A stretch of 59,472 bases of DNA, filler included, from Dirinaria sp. TL-2023a (GCA_051941275.1; 9 parts of 9 records of this genome joined end to end with filler, not necessarily neighbours in it); one strand, 5' to 3'. Counted from the whole stretch's first letter, positions 33,100 through 46,423 are shown. The notes: a model not told the origin generated them from the sequence alone. A program made the numbers and translations.

Positions 33100-33199
33100 N
33101 NNNNNNNNNNNNNNNNNNNNNNNNNNNNNNNNNNNNNNNNNNNTTAATTAATTAANNNNNNNNNNNNNNNNNNNNNNNNNNNNNNNNNNNNNNNNNNNN
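33100..33199. other. Artificial contig linker 5
   Basis: Same 100-bp spacer. Confidence 0.99.
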
Positions 33200-34027
33200 A
33201 GGAAGGAGGGTTGGTGGAGTGTGTTGGGGACCACATTTTTTTTTTTTTTTCTTTTTTTTTCTCTTTTTGGTTATGAGGGGAGAGGGAGAAGGGGAGGATT
33301 TGGTGAGAGAGGTTTTGGGATAATGTATGGTGCGAGGGAGCGTACCTGGATCCCGAATTGGTGGTGCCTGACTAGACCGCTTTAGGGAAGGGGGATCCGT
33401 GGTCTTGGCAGTTTTCGATACACCTGAATGGGATGGAACTCTGCATTGTAAGGTGTAAAGAGCTTTGCGGCTCTGGCTCAATTGAGCTGGCAAAGAAGAA
33501 GATATTCAAGATTTACTAGCTCCATCGATCCTCTCTATCTGAAGTTCTTCGCAGCCTCCGTGAAAGACTAGCAGCAGGAGTTCTGGCAGATTCTAGCTGC
33601 AACTAAGTGCTTTTTCCGATTGGTTTTGATGAAAGAAATTGATTATGCCTAAGGTATAGGATATTCAGTGATTAATCATGAAGCATATGACAGTCACATC
33701 GTAAGAGTTGTTTTAAACCATTTTCCCTGCAAGCAACAAAGAGTCCTGAGTACCGAGAGGTGAGCCAAGACTGGACTGACAGCGCTACTGTAGGGCGCTC
33801 CAGGTGACTACAGATACACTTTAGGGAGCACGGGTGAGGTGCCGAGGGTGAATAGCGGGTGGTGAATTCCTGCTCTGGGCGATAGTCTTGGGCGATCCTC
33901 CCAGGGACCTCCAGTCAATCTCACGACCGGCGCTAAAAATAGATCACCAGAAGGCTTCATCCCGACGCCGTCGTGATAATTACGAATTACATCATTCCCA
34001 CCTGCTTGCGAAATATTGCCGCAGATC

Positions 34028-35981
34028 ATGGTTAATTTCGAACCGCTAGACCTCACCTTGCCGGATGCGAAACCGTCTCACAGACTCCCAAACGAGCTCC
34101 TTCCTATACTTGAGCATGCCTGCGATTTCGACGCTACGGTTTTTGAGAACATCGCTATCAATCTCATCAAGAATCCCAATATCAATTCCTCGCTGCTGTT
34201 CCGCGCAGACATTCTATATGACAGCCTCGGTGAGGAGAACACGGAGAGTCATTACTCCAGGTGAGCTTTCTCCAAAGTCTTTCCTCTCTGTCGTCAATTT
34301 CGTGATCGTAGTGAACTTTGTAAAAAACCTATGGGAACAGACTTTGTTGATTTACGGCTTCACTTTATGAACCATCTATACAAAACATCTATTGACTCCC
34401 TGATACGACAGCATACCAGACGCAGCAGAGGTCAGAGAGTTGTTGAATCAATTCAGTGTTCGAGATGGGGACTTCCCCATGTTTGAAGTCAAAAGAACAT
34501 TCATCCGCTCAATGATTCCACGCAATCCGCAATTGGACAAACCGATCGCTCAGACTTGCCAGATTCTAATTTCTCCAGCTTGGAAAGATGGCAGTGTCCA
34601 AAGCCTGGTCATGTATATTCCGCACGTTGCTTCGGTAGAGGAGTTGCCGTGGTACCATCCAAATGTCCATTCAGTTGCGTATTTGCACTCGTGGTATCCT
34701 TCAGAAGCCGTTGACCGTCAGTCTCGTGAGCCTCATAACATTCATAAGGGTAAAATATCCCTCCACTACCGTCTCTTCCCCCAAGATACTCTCCCACTTT
34801 CTCCGCGGCTGTCTCGTACCGCGTTTCAATTGCTCTTGACGTTATATAAGCACGGCCAAGGCTCGCTGAAAGGCTACGAGAAACGGGTGCACCATGACCA
34901 AATCATTCCTCAAAAACGGGTGCAAGACACTTATACGGAGTTGAAGCGTAAGCATGCGAGAAGACTTTGCGATAATTGGGTCGAGAAGACAGAGCCAAGC
35001 AAGCACGTCTTTGAGGATCTGAGCATTGCGGCTTTCCTCATTGAGCTTTGGAAGGAAATGTACTCAGATATTGCTGGCGAAGGTAAACACAGCAAAGCTG
35101 AGAATCTGCCCACGTTTCCAGGCTTCGTGGATATAGGCTGCGGTAACGGAGTTCTAGTTGATGTTCTGCTACACGAAGGTTACAACGGTTGGGGGTTCGA
35201 CGCTCACAAGCGGAAAACATGGTCAACTTTCGAGCCATGGGTGCAAAGGCAGTTAAAGCAGCTTCTTTTAATACCACAGCCGCTCTTTGAACTGCAATCA
35301 GCCACAAAACGTGCCAACGGCGGTATTCTAGCTCACCTAACCTTACCGTCCCAGATAAACGACCACCGGAAGGTCGACGACCCGCCAATCTGGCATAATG
35401 GCCTTTTCGCTACAGGAACCTTCATTATATCCAACCACGCAGACGAATTGACCCCTTGGACACCTTTGCTGGCTTTTCTGTCTTCTTCACCCTTCCTCGC
35501 TATCCCCTGCTGCTCACATAATCTCTCTGGCGCTAGATTTCGCGCCCCATCTGTCTTCAACAGTCATATGGCTGATCATCTCGCGCCTTCATATTTCGCA
35601 AACAGCATTCGTAAGTCCAAGTCCGTAGCCATCACGGTCGCCCACACAGGCTCAGATGACGAGTGTCCTGAAAGTGGCGACCTGAAGGACCTGAGCCAGA
35701 AGAACAGGTCAAAGCAGCCTTCGGCTTACTCTAGCCTTTGTGATTGGATTTGCCATTTGACTGCCAGTGTGGGCTATGTGGTTGAAAAGGAGATGTTAAG
35801 GCTGCCGAGTACAAGGAATACAGGTATTATCGCCAGGACGCTAGTAGATCGATTTGTAGAGGAGAGTTGGGAGGTTAGGATGGAGAGAGTGAAGGAGATC
35901 GTGAGCAAAGAGGGGGCCGATGGGGTAGCGTGGGTAGAAAGAACCAGGGGATTAATGGCTGGGAAGGGCGCTGTGCATTGA
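34028..35981 (+). CDS. TRM44: tRNA(Ser) Um44 2'-O-methyltransferase; exons 34028-34260 and 34412-35981
   Basis: NPNINSSLLFRADILYDS, IPRNPQLDKP, YEKRVHHD, KHVFEDLSIAAFLIELW, FVDIGCGNGVLV (SAM motif), IISNHADELTPW, IPCC, LRLPSTRN. Confidence 0.93.
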
Positions 35982-36094
35982 TGCCGCTCAATCCACAATC
36001 CAGCGGGATTACCTTTCACGACCAGGTTCTTGGTCCGTAGGGCATGATTTCAAAGGTACGCATAAGTCAATTGTAACGTTGATACACTGGGGGT

Positions 36095-37197
36095 TTATTC
36101 TTCTGCAGCACCATTGTCCGATTGGTAAAATGCGGTCTCGATTCCCAGTTCTTCAGAGTCCAGGTCACGCTGACCGGAATTTCCAGCCTGCCCACTAGGA
36201 TCTGGCAAATGCTGCCTTTCTGTTAGCCCTTTGGCTCTTTTCCTCTCTTTCCGCAACTGCGGATCCTCCCAAGCGGCCTGCTGGTCTCTCTTATCACTAA
36301 AAAGGTTACTATCCAACCTCCGAATCCTCTCTTCATTGGCCAAAAACCGTGCATTCGCAGTTTTCAGCATCATCTGCAGGTACTCCTCGCTAACGAGTGA
36401 ATAGATATTTTCTACTCCGCCCTGCAATTCCTCAACATAACCAACTAGTGAGCTGGTTGCGAGCCCTGTAGTGCGCACTGCGATCATTGGGAACGCATTC
36501 GGGTCATCGAGGTTCTTGAGGCTCTGCACACCACTTTCGCGGAAACCGGCATTGATAGCGGCCGCCAGAATAGGCTGCGCATGACGAAGGGAAGCAGTCA
36601 TAATGTGAAGGATCTGGCCGCGCGTCAGCCCGTCAGATACGCCCAATAGTGTTCGAAACCAAGCTATGCAGAGATGGGAGGTCCAAGGGCAAGTACCATG
36701 GGCTCGAACTGGAACTTCACAAAGCGTGCTTCAGAGTCCGGCAAAGACGCCGTATTACGGTGGTTTGATGCCAGGCCGAATAATTTGGAGATAGGGCTAT
36801 CATGCGGTTGCTGCGCAATGGGTATCTTTACAGGATCATGCGATACGAATAGCCATCTCCCGCCCAGCCCTTTCCCTCCTGGCACTGAATTCTCCCCCGA
36901 CTTGTTCTCAGTATTGTCATCTGGAACTGGACCCTTGTGTTCTCCACCCTCTTCCTCCGCGATGCTGTTACTGTGCTTCCCCTTAGCCTTCCTCCCTTCC
37001 AGAAACACACTGATCCGGCCAGCACAGCTACTCGTCGTCACAGCACCTTCTATTCTATTGATCCGATCAATGAGACCTTTGATCCGGGTATCTATAGAGC
37101 CCTTGGGTGAAAGATCGGAGTAGGATTCCTCTGGAGTTGCCAATGCGGCGAGAACTGTAGCTTTTTTCTTGGCGAATGAAGATGGGATTGGCGGCAT
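36095..37197 (-). CDS. TYW3: tRNA wybutosine-synthesizing protein 3 (methyltransferase); exons 37197 (or 37221)-36697 and 36613-36095
   Basis: DLSPKGSID, VTTSSCAGRISVF, GRWLFVSH, spliced FEPM|ILHI, AGFRESG, IAVRTTGL. Intron 36696-36614. Confidence 0.93.
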
Positions 37198-37470
37198 AGT
37201 TTGCTTTGAGAAATGTCCCATGATCTATTGATGTTCTCTGGTTTTAGGATCGCTATTGTCATATGTGCACTGGAGGATGCTGCACCTTTATCGACGAGTA
37301 GGATCAAGTCCCGGGGCGATCTAATATAACCCGATTAGGCCAAGCGTGCTGTAACGCGAGGAAGCACGCGTCAAATCCTGCGAGTAACTTATCGTATCCT
37401 TCCGATTCATCAGAGCACATTTTCTTGAAGCATTATTCTTGATTGCATTCCCCCATCCACGCCAAACAAG

Positions 37471-39180
37471 ATGCCCCGTCGCGCTAGTACTTTCACCTCG
37501 AAATCAGCGTCTACTCCGAACAAGTCTCCCGCTGCCTCCTCCCTTCCCACTACCACAACCGACACTCCCACACGACAATCAGCGCGTCTCAAATCGTCCC
37601 CTCTACCGGTGACGACGGCTAAAATAAAGAATTCTTCCGCAAAGAAAATTCCTGCGGCAAATGGGTCCACCCAGAAAACTACCCCGAAGAAGTCTCAGTA
37701 CTTCTCCAACACCGACGGATCATCTTCGGAGGTCGAATCAGACTTCGAGAAAGAAGAATCGGGCTATGAAGACGAGGACGCAAGTGCCAGCGGAATATCA
37801 TCCCCTCCAGAAAGCGCAAACGAAAGTGAATCTCCTGAACCTTCCTCGGACGACTCCGCCCCCAAGAAGAAGCGCAAACGTGGACCTTCGGCATCAAAGT
37901 CGAACAAAAGGGTCGAGGTGAAGACGAATGAAGGTGGCGTGGTAGTCGGCAGTAAAGGCCAGGAGCTTTGGAGACCTGGTGTTAAGAGTAAGCTTGCGCC
38001 GGGCGAAGCAGTCTTCGTGCCGTTACCAAAGGCAAGAGGCGATGGAGGCATCAAGTATGAAGAGGGAAGGGTGCATCCCAACACAATGCTATTCTTAGGC
38101 GATTTGCGGGCGAATAATGATAGGGAATGGCTTAAAGGTATGAGCTATCTTGGTGCCTTCCTGGCGGCTTGACTTGGATAAAAGCAAGTGCTAAAGCAAC
38201 CTGTAGTGCACGATGCCGATTACCGACAATCGAAAAAGGACTTTGATGCATTCGTCGAGAATTTGACGCCTTCAATTATCGAGAAGGACGAAACAATACC
38301 CGAACTCCCACCTAAAGACCTCGTACGTCGCCCTCCTACATTCCTTGGGCTACTGTTTTCTGCTTCCTTCCTCTTTCTTGAATCATCACACTAACTCAGC
38401 TTTATGATATAGACATTTCGGATCTATCGCGACATTCGCTTCTCCTCCGATCCCACCCCTTACAAAACCCATTTCAGCGCGGCGTGGTCTCGCACTGGCC
38501 GCAAAGGGCCATATGCTGGATACTACCTGCAGATTGCCCCCTCGCGCTCCTTCCTCGGTGCAGGGCTCTGGCATCCAGAAGCTGCCCCTCTTGCGCTTCT
38601 ACGACGAGACATTGATCGTCGACCACAGCGACTGAAAGGGGCACTGAAGACCGACGGCATAGTGAGCGAGTTCTTTGGCCTTAAGGGAGGCAAGAAGGGT
38701 AAGGGCAAGATGAAGGAGGATGACCTGGAGAAGGAATGTGTAAAGAAGTTTGTGGGCATGAATCAGGAGAACGCACTAAAGACGAAACCGAGGGATTACG
38801 ATGCTGATCATAGGGACATTGCGCTTCTGAGGCTGCGAAATTTCACTATTGGACAACAGTTGAAGGACGAGGAAGTTGTAGGGAAGGGCGGCTTGGAGAG
38901 GGTTGTTGAGCTTATGGGGTGTTTGGTTCCGTTCGTGAGTGCTCGCTTCTCGTTAATCTTTCTACCCTTATGCCGCGTTCTTTGAGTGACTGGTCGGGTA
39001 TATGATCTCCGAGGAATGATTTTAATGAGGAGCGACAGCACTGACGTGACTGACACTCAGGTCACCTATCTCAACAGCGTTGTCATGCCGGACGAGCCGG
39101 GCTCCTCAAGCAGTAGCGAAGCAGAAGATAATGCTGAGGCGGACGAAGGCTCGGCGAGCGATATCGAAGAGGACGCTTGA
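37471..39180 (+). CDS. DUF2461 (TIGR02453-family) protein with disordered N-terminus; exons 37471-38137, 38207-38322, 38413-38934, 39061-39180
   Basis: FLGDLRANNDREWLK, TIPELPPKDL|TFRIYRDIRFSSDPTPYKTHFSAAWSRTGRKGPYAGYY, GAGLWHP, LKTKPRDYDADH..LLRLRNF. NLS-like PKKKRKR in the N-terminal region. Confidence 0.88.
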
Positions 39181-39703
39181 GCCTCAGAGGCCGTGCTCGT
39201 GTCCTGATCCTGGCAATGCAGAGCTCACGTGACCTTCAAATTACTGATGTTGGATATTGTGACGGGTAAGATATCTTCGACCAATTACTATGGGCTATAA
39301 ATCTACAATCTGCACACGCTACAACTACAAGGACTTCTAACATAGAGGATTCGACACTGATTCTCATCTGGTTTGCTTTCTAGAAATTCCGATCCACTGG
39401 CGCTACGATGGGGTGTTCGGTCTAAGACGCTTCCGTTATAGTTGAACCCCTCTTTTCTGCACTACATCGATCTCCACGATATCGGGTACGCACAGATACC
39501 GAGATCTAACTGGATTAAATGCAGCATGACGTTTTCCAGCCTAAAGCCTCGAAACTCTACGCAACAATGCAATTGGGCATGCGACTGCATCGCTCCAAAC
39601 AACCCCTCGAACAATCATACCAAAACCACCATTCCAATTCAACATGGATCCACCAAAGACCATGCGAGCATGGCAATTCACCTCCCCCGCCGGTGGAATC
39701 GAC

Positions 39704-39803
39704 NNNNNNNNNNNNNNNNNNNNNNNNNNNNNNNNNNNNNNNNNNNNTTAATTAATTAANNNNNNNNNNNNNNNNNNNNNNNNNNNNNNNNNNNNNNNNN
39801 NNN
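39704..39803. other. Artificial contig linker 6
   Basis: Same 100-bp spacer. Confidence 0.99.
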
Positions 39804-41300
39804 TATATAAAGCTTGAAAACTAGAAAAATTAAACATATTTTTAATTCGTGTTCAATTTAAAATTTCGCGATAGTTGAAAATATGTCTATTTATGCTGAT
39901 ATGTTCTGTTTTGTTTAATTCAAATTTGAAATTTATTAAATCTGAGTATTTGCTCAACTTCAAATTAATTTATGAGTTTAAATATGTGCTCAATTTACGA
40001 TAGATTTATGTCAGAAATTGTGATATTTTTGAATTGAGATTAAGATAAAAAATCAGCGTTCAAGCTAGAAGAAAAATGCTTCAGGAGCTGACTTGCAAAT
40101 AGATGAGAAAATAGATGGCTCCATCTGGCTTCGTTTCTTCTCGCAGCTTCTCCTCTGAAATCGTTCTCTATATGTTTAGAGCGTGCTTCTACTCGACATA
40201 TATATCTGCTTACGCGCTTTTTCCTGGTACTGTTGCCGGATATAGTTGGCCGAAAGCGATGTTAGCAGTGTTAGATCGGAGGGTAAAGAGTATATCGAGA
40301 AAGAAAAAGGACCCTCAAAATTCAAGAGTCCGTAACGAACGAAAGACGCCAGGAAAATGTGGAAACAGAGCGAAATTTGGTTGTCGTGCTCCTCAATGGA
40401 GCAAACGTGAGCTTTAGAAGTACCTCTCACGAATCGAAGAGGCCAGGAGAATGTAGGAACAAAGGGAAGTTAGGTTGTCGTGCAGGTGATTTGGGGCGAA
40501 CGATGAAGGGTGAGCTGTTCTATAGAGTATTTCTTGGGTTAACCGAGACGTAATGATCGGAGATTTTAGGAGATGAATATAAAAGAGTGGGAGACGTAAA
40601 ATAGTATATACGAAGATTATGATATTAATCGTGAACCATAGGAATTAGAGTATGAGAACTTCTTCGCAAACTCGGATGTAGATAGAAGAGGAGATGTAGC
40701 ATCGCTAAAGTTTTGTCTCACAATTATTCGCGAGAGACGGAGAGATGGTTTGAAAAAGAAAGGCATCCACTCTGATGTACTTACAACTCTGGCGCTTGTC
40801 GGTCATCTTTTGAAGGATAATAGCAATGCCAGAATGCACTCAGAAAGATGATCTTAGTCGAACCTAGTCAGCTCTTCTTCATCTGTTTCATGTTGAACTT
40901 TTCTTAATTTTTCAATCAATTAATAAATGATCACACAGAATGGTTTCGATTGTAGAGAAATTCGGAGGCAGAAAACAACGATAGTGAGCATTACAGTGCT
41001 GCAGCATAATATTATCGACAGAAAGAAAACAAGTGAAGTCGCGAAACAATTAAGCAAGTAAGCTGAAGAAGAAGATTGACTTAGTTCCTGACGCTTCGCA
41101 CGAAGAGTGTAAAAACTATCCAGAGGCAGTGAGCTCGGTCCTTGTTTCCTTAGTCAGTATTTTGTTGGACAAGAAGCAGAAAGCAGAGCTGTATAGATGC
41201 TGAACAATTTCCAAGTTAACCAGACATCTGAAGAACTTGCTCAAATTAAACTGCTGAGACTGAACTTGAAATTAGAGCTTCGAAAGCGTTAAGTGGCCAT
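39804..41300. other. AT-rich RIP-like degenerate region
   Basis: Very AT-rich start, all frames interrupted, no recognisable domain. Confidence 0.4.
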
Positions 41301-42205
41301 ATGAAAACAGAGAAGAGATGCACTGTTACTTCAGTCCGAGAATCCTTTCTCACTGTTTTCCTTGCTCATTTTAGTAGATCCGAAGCGTGATGTAACGCAT
41401 GGTGAAATCGCTGGCCCTGTATTGAACATACATAGTCGGGAATCATCCGTGATCACGTACGACTTTTTGATGACATCATTGGCTGGCGTACGAAGTAGTA
41501 GAGTAACTGATCCTGAATGCGTAAGTAGCGGTGTTGACGGCGTTGTAGGGTGTGTAGTAGCTGGCAATGCTGGCTTCCCAGCTGTTACAGATAATGCGTC
41601 ATATCTTACAAAAGATACTCTTAAGGCACCTTTTTGTGATTGGCGCAGAATTAATAGAAAAGTTTTCGTTGTCTGGAAAAAGTGTGTGGGAGAGCTGCAA
41701 GAAAATAAAGAACCACGGATGGTGATAATGATGAAAGAGTAGGATGGATATTAGTAATATACTTTAAGGCCAATTGGGAGCTCCAAGAATTTAGAGCTTC
41801 GTCGTTGAGAGTTGAGCAACGTTATTCCAAATATATTGATAAATATTTAGTAACGAGTGAAAAAACGGCTGCCATAGCGTCTTAAATATTGAATGCGATT
41901 GCACCACAAGCATAAAGTAGAATCAAATGAATGTTTTAACACTCCCGCGCTATCTCATACTCTTACACTGAGTGGTGGATGGCTTCAATGGCTCGACGCA
42001 CTCAACTTGACATCTTGCGATTGTATCATCTCGACAACCCGAAAAACTCATGGGCTCTCACGAAAATTTTCACTTGAGAACACTGGACTCTACCTATGCG
42101 AAATATCTTTCGGAAACTGAGTCGATTCTCAAGGAATTCCTGGCGGCGACTGCAGCTTTAGTTCTTAGCTGTCTCGAGTCCTCTTCGGCTGCAATGACGG
42201 ATATA

Positions 42206-42978
42206 TCACGGGCCATTGTTATGAGTGCTCGTTGGACTAGCGGCAACACTCGCTTCGACAGCATCTTCATAGGAGTCTCGATGCTCTACAAGCGGAGCAT
42301 AGTCGTTATTCAGTCCTCTCTTTGTCGTCGCTGATTGGCCCATCTCTTGGCGGCAGTGTTCACACACTCTGGGACCTCCTAGTTGGCGTAGCTGCTGAAA
42401 AACAAGGATTGCGTGGATTGCGCTAATCAGATGAGCGATGAGCCTCCTGTGTTGAGCCATTAGGTGGAGCCATTGCTTACGAACAGACCATCCACGGAAA
42501 TTGATTATAAGTCAACATTATCCCCATGCCGTAATTCACCGACGAGGAGTAGGCGAGTTCTTTGATAACGATACCGTTTGCGATCATGAGTGCAAGGAAA
42601 GCAAAGAAACCGGCGCCATCCAGCAATATCGCTAGGAATGCGGGAGGTGAACGACGGCCACTTGTTACCCGCGGGTAAGTGATATCGAAGAGGTGCCAGA
42701 GGATGGAAAGGCTAAGCTATTCAAATACGAAGGATCAGCCACTACTTCTGTTTAAAACAGTAGAAATGGGTCAAAAAGCGCTCGCATACCGGTATCAACG
42801 CAACGCCGGTCAAGGCTCTCGCCGGGCCCATGTCCCATCGGGTACGTAGAGCAGACACAAGGGTGCAGGCAGATAACACAATGTCAATGGCTGCGGAAGC
42901 GATGGCAATGGAACGCAGGTAGAAGCGTCGCTGCTGATGCGTCATCTCAAAAGAACTGGTGTAAGCTTGATCGAACAT
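42206..42978 (-). CDS. Small ~4-TM membrane protein with cytosolic CxxC; exons 42978-42790, 42716-42481, 42422-42206
   Basis: Introns 42789-42717 (GTATGC..GCTGAT..TAG) and 42480-42423 (GTAAGC..TAG) join into one open frame. Four hydrophobic segments, then CEHC and a YAPL motif. Confidence 0.72.
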
Positions 42979-45900
42979 TTTAATTTGAATTTGATGAAAT
43001 ACGACAGAGATGATGGCTCTAACAGAGTGTATAATGATGGCGATTACGAACTCAGTTCTTTGTGGTAGAGGAGAGATCGAAATGGAGTCTCAGAAAGCCA
43101 GAATCTGCACGCATGACGGTACGTAAGACATTGCACTGCCCCACGAAATATGGATGCCTTGCGACGAGGCAGAATGCCAAGGATCCTTCGAAACAACGAA
43201 AGCATATTCAGCCTCCAGGCTGCATGTAATCTGCACATCTAAGCCAGCGAGATACTGCAGAGCGGCGTCGTAAGCGGCTTGGATCTTTCCTTTCACGAAT
43301 GCCCAACCGAATACCGGGTTCAATGAAGACTGGCTTCATCATCCTGCGTGACACCTGCGATTTCGTTCATGATGAATGTGCTTTGCGCCTTGTGCTGTAT
43401 GCATCTGGCTGAGACGCGCAAGAACCCATAATGAACGAAGACCGCTGCGGAGCTGGCTATTCCCCCTTAACTTGGTAGGCTAAGACTAGGTCGATTTGTT
43501 TGCAGGCTTGGCATCCGTTCAGTGTCTGGATTTTGAAGTGAAGGAGGTTGTGAGCTTTGACCGATGGACGAATGTTCGATGTTCCTGGTGTTGCTTGAAA
43601 CAGAGCAATCTTATGGTAGTCATCGTTTTCGTATTAAGAAGAGCCATGATATTACAGTCTTCAAACTCTAGTCGTAGATTCTCGTGCTTTATTTTAGCTG
43701 TCAATGTCCACAGATCAGGGGGCAATTGCTCCGTAATTCGTCATCAGGGACACAAAGATCGAAGAAGCTCGCGCTGTTTTCCATTGACTGAATTATACCT
43801 TGGCAAAGTGCTGAGGCAAGATTGCCCTTCGAAATTTTGCACGAGCCAGGCTTGAAGACCAAAATCCGAGCGCATCGCTTACCTAAGTATGACGTCATCA
43901 AGGCTCCATGTCCTCTTCACATAGCAAAAAATTCGAAGCCCTTCAATTCAATTCTTGAAAGACCAAATCAAGTCAACAGGATGTTACTAACCGGATCATC
44001 TGGTATCAACTAAAAAGAATAGAACTGCAGATCTCCAACAGAATGTACATGACCCTCCTGGGGCTGGTATCCAATACAGGACAATCTAACAAGTATCTAT
44101 GTGTAAACTCCCGGGCACAGCATTGACAATTGCTGCATGACTTTGAGCGGAAATCCATTTCTTAATGCCTAAGGTACATGTATAGAGCTGCCCAGGGAAT
44201 TTACCTATACGAAGACCGAGCCTGTTTAGGATGCCGGATTGGATAGAGTGTAGTGGGACACATAAGCCGCATCCATTTCGGTTAATGACACCCTTTACAT
44301 GCTAACTTCCAACACGTCTAAAAGCCTCTACCCTATCGTGCATCCCTTCGCTAGGATGCAGGTGCAGGCGAAAAGAGCACCGAATGGGAGAAAGCAATCA
44401 GCCTGCTCACGGCAAATCGGGCTCTCCGTTTGAGCGCCAGCGAGCACGGCGACCCCGATTGGCGGAAGCTACAGATCAAAATAGGAAGTTCAGTGCTCCA
44501 TTACCAGCCTGTATCAGCTCAAACTTCCCACACGATTATCGCCTTTGAGTTCTTACGCAACTGCCAACGTGAATCAGTCATGGGCAACCCCACCATGTTT
44601 CGTTCTGGCTGCATACTCACCTCTGTGAATCAAGAACTCTAATCACGAGCATGTGAGGTCTCGCAGATCTTTCGGCTGCAACCTTGGGCTACCAATGTCT
44701 CGAGATGCCACAATCCAAGTAGCCAACCTAGCTCCGATGATCTGTGATGTTTCGATATCTCCAGACACGCTACAGATTTGATTGTCGTTGCATAGCTTAG
44801 AGGGAAGAGGGGCAGCTCTTATTCAGCCTCGAACCCTTCTGGACTTAAATCACAGATTGCAGGCCACGTTCAGCTTGTCAGCTTCCGAGATTATGCAAAG
44901 TTATCAGCTCTATCTGATTCTCCTTTCGGATATCCCGAGCGTGTGTTCTGGGATTATCAACCACGATCAGTGACGAAAACCTGCAACATTCTGATATTGG
45001 ACATTTCCGATGCAGTCGCGGCCTTTGCAGTATGCCATGAGTTATGTTCTGACCAAGATAAACACTCTGCACAAATTAATTGAAAATCTATCAGTGCGAG
45101 CCAAATTTTGCGAATTGTGTGCGATGTACGGGCTAATGCACTTCATGCATCTAGGAGTATTATAATACAGAGACGTCACATTTGCCTGTTCTTTCTCGCG
45201 CATTGGATGAGTTCTGCCAAAGCGTCTTCCTTAAGTTTCACCACCATGGGTTCACTTAGCACATTGCCATACATCCAGGCTCCCAGTGTCGGGCTTTTAC
45301 TGGGACTGGTCGTTGTTGCCCTCCCATTCCTTCTAGCACTTCTCTCATGCTCCTACTTCGACATGGATGAGGGTACGCCGAACGAGGTTCTTTGGGAGAG
45401 AGATAACCAGATACGTCTTTGCGAACATAGGAAGGCAGACAATTCCAGAAGTCTGGTTCGGCCACAGCTTTGTTCAATTACCAACTCGGATCCACTACTA
45501 TCCAATCTCGGTGTAAAGCCTAAAGCCTAAAGCCTAGAGTACTAGAAATCCAAAATTGATGATCTTGTCAGTATAACTTCTTTGCATGTTCGTATGTCTC
45601 ATTCAAAGCTCAGCGGGATCCGGGCGTAAGCTAAGAACATGACGTGGCCGAATCTAGATCACTACTTCAATAACCCACGTTTAGGATGAAGAATTTCAAA
45701 AAATGCGTGTCCGGGGTTTGGGATTAAACGTTTGCTCTTTCGAGTTCATATTTCGCAGCTCCTGCTATGCCTCGATAGAAATTGTTATGTCGGTTTCCTA
45801 CACCTCATCCCGTTCTCTTGAACCACTTTGTTCCACTTAGAAATCTACTTTCAAGCATCATTTTCCGCTCTGCTACTTTAGCATTATTATGGTGATGGTG

Positions 45901-46297
45901 CTTTGTCGTATTTCTGCTAGTAAAACTGAAAGAGGGAGCCGAAAACTCTTTATTCCCAGCTTCCTAGCCAGTCACAGCATGTGGATACTCTAAGAGTATG
46001 TTAAAAGTATTTCTTGTTTCGCAAATCAAGCATGATGTCTTCGCAACGGATGGTCGCGTTAAACGTATGACACAGAGACTCATTCTGTACCGCAAACCCT
46101 CTAGGGGACCCAAAGAGCGCGGATAGAGATAGTAGTACCACGCAAAACCTATCTTTAAAACTTACAAATCCACTTGCGATAAATGTGCACCTATCCGCTT
46201 TTGGAATACCGTCTCTTTACAATCCTTATTGTGCGCAGGCATGGACTAGGAGTGGGAAAGTGATCGATGGTCAATACGCAAATGTCACACAAATAAT

Positions 46298-46397
46298 NNN
46301 NNNNNNNNNNNNNNNNNNNNNNNNNNNNNNNNNNNNNNNNNTTAATTAATTAANNNNNNNNNNNNNNNNNNNNNNNNNNNNNNNNNNNNNNNNNNNN
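46298..46397. other. Artificial contig linker 7
   Basis: Same 100-bp spacer. Confidence 0.99.
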
Positions 46398-46423
46398 CGG
46401 TCCACCCGGTCCCGGTTTTACAG

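Noticed and set aside
38939..38949. GTGCTCGCTTC identical to the start of vertebrate U6 snRNA
   Set aside because: Only 11 nt; no ACAGAGA box or other U6 core follows. Explained as one arm of an intronic stem.
41331..41742. Overlapping ORFs on both strands or a decayed secreted-protein gene
   Set aside because: No family signature, and frames are inconsistent; cannot be supported.
43044..45530. Several short ORFs as genes or pseudogene fragments
   Set aside because: Some protein-like stretches, but no identifiable domain or coherent exon chain.
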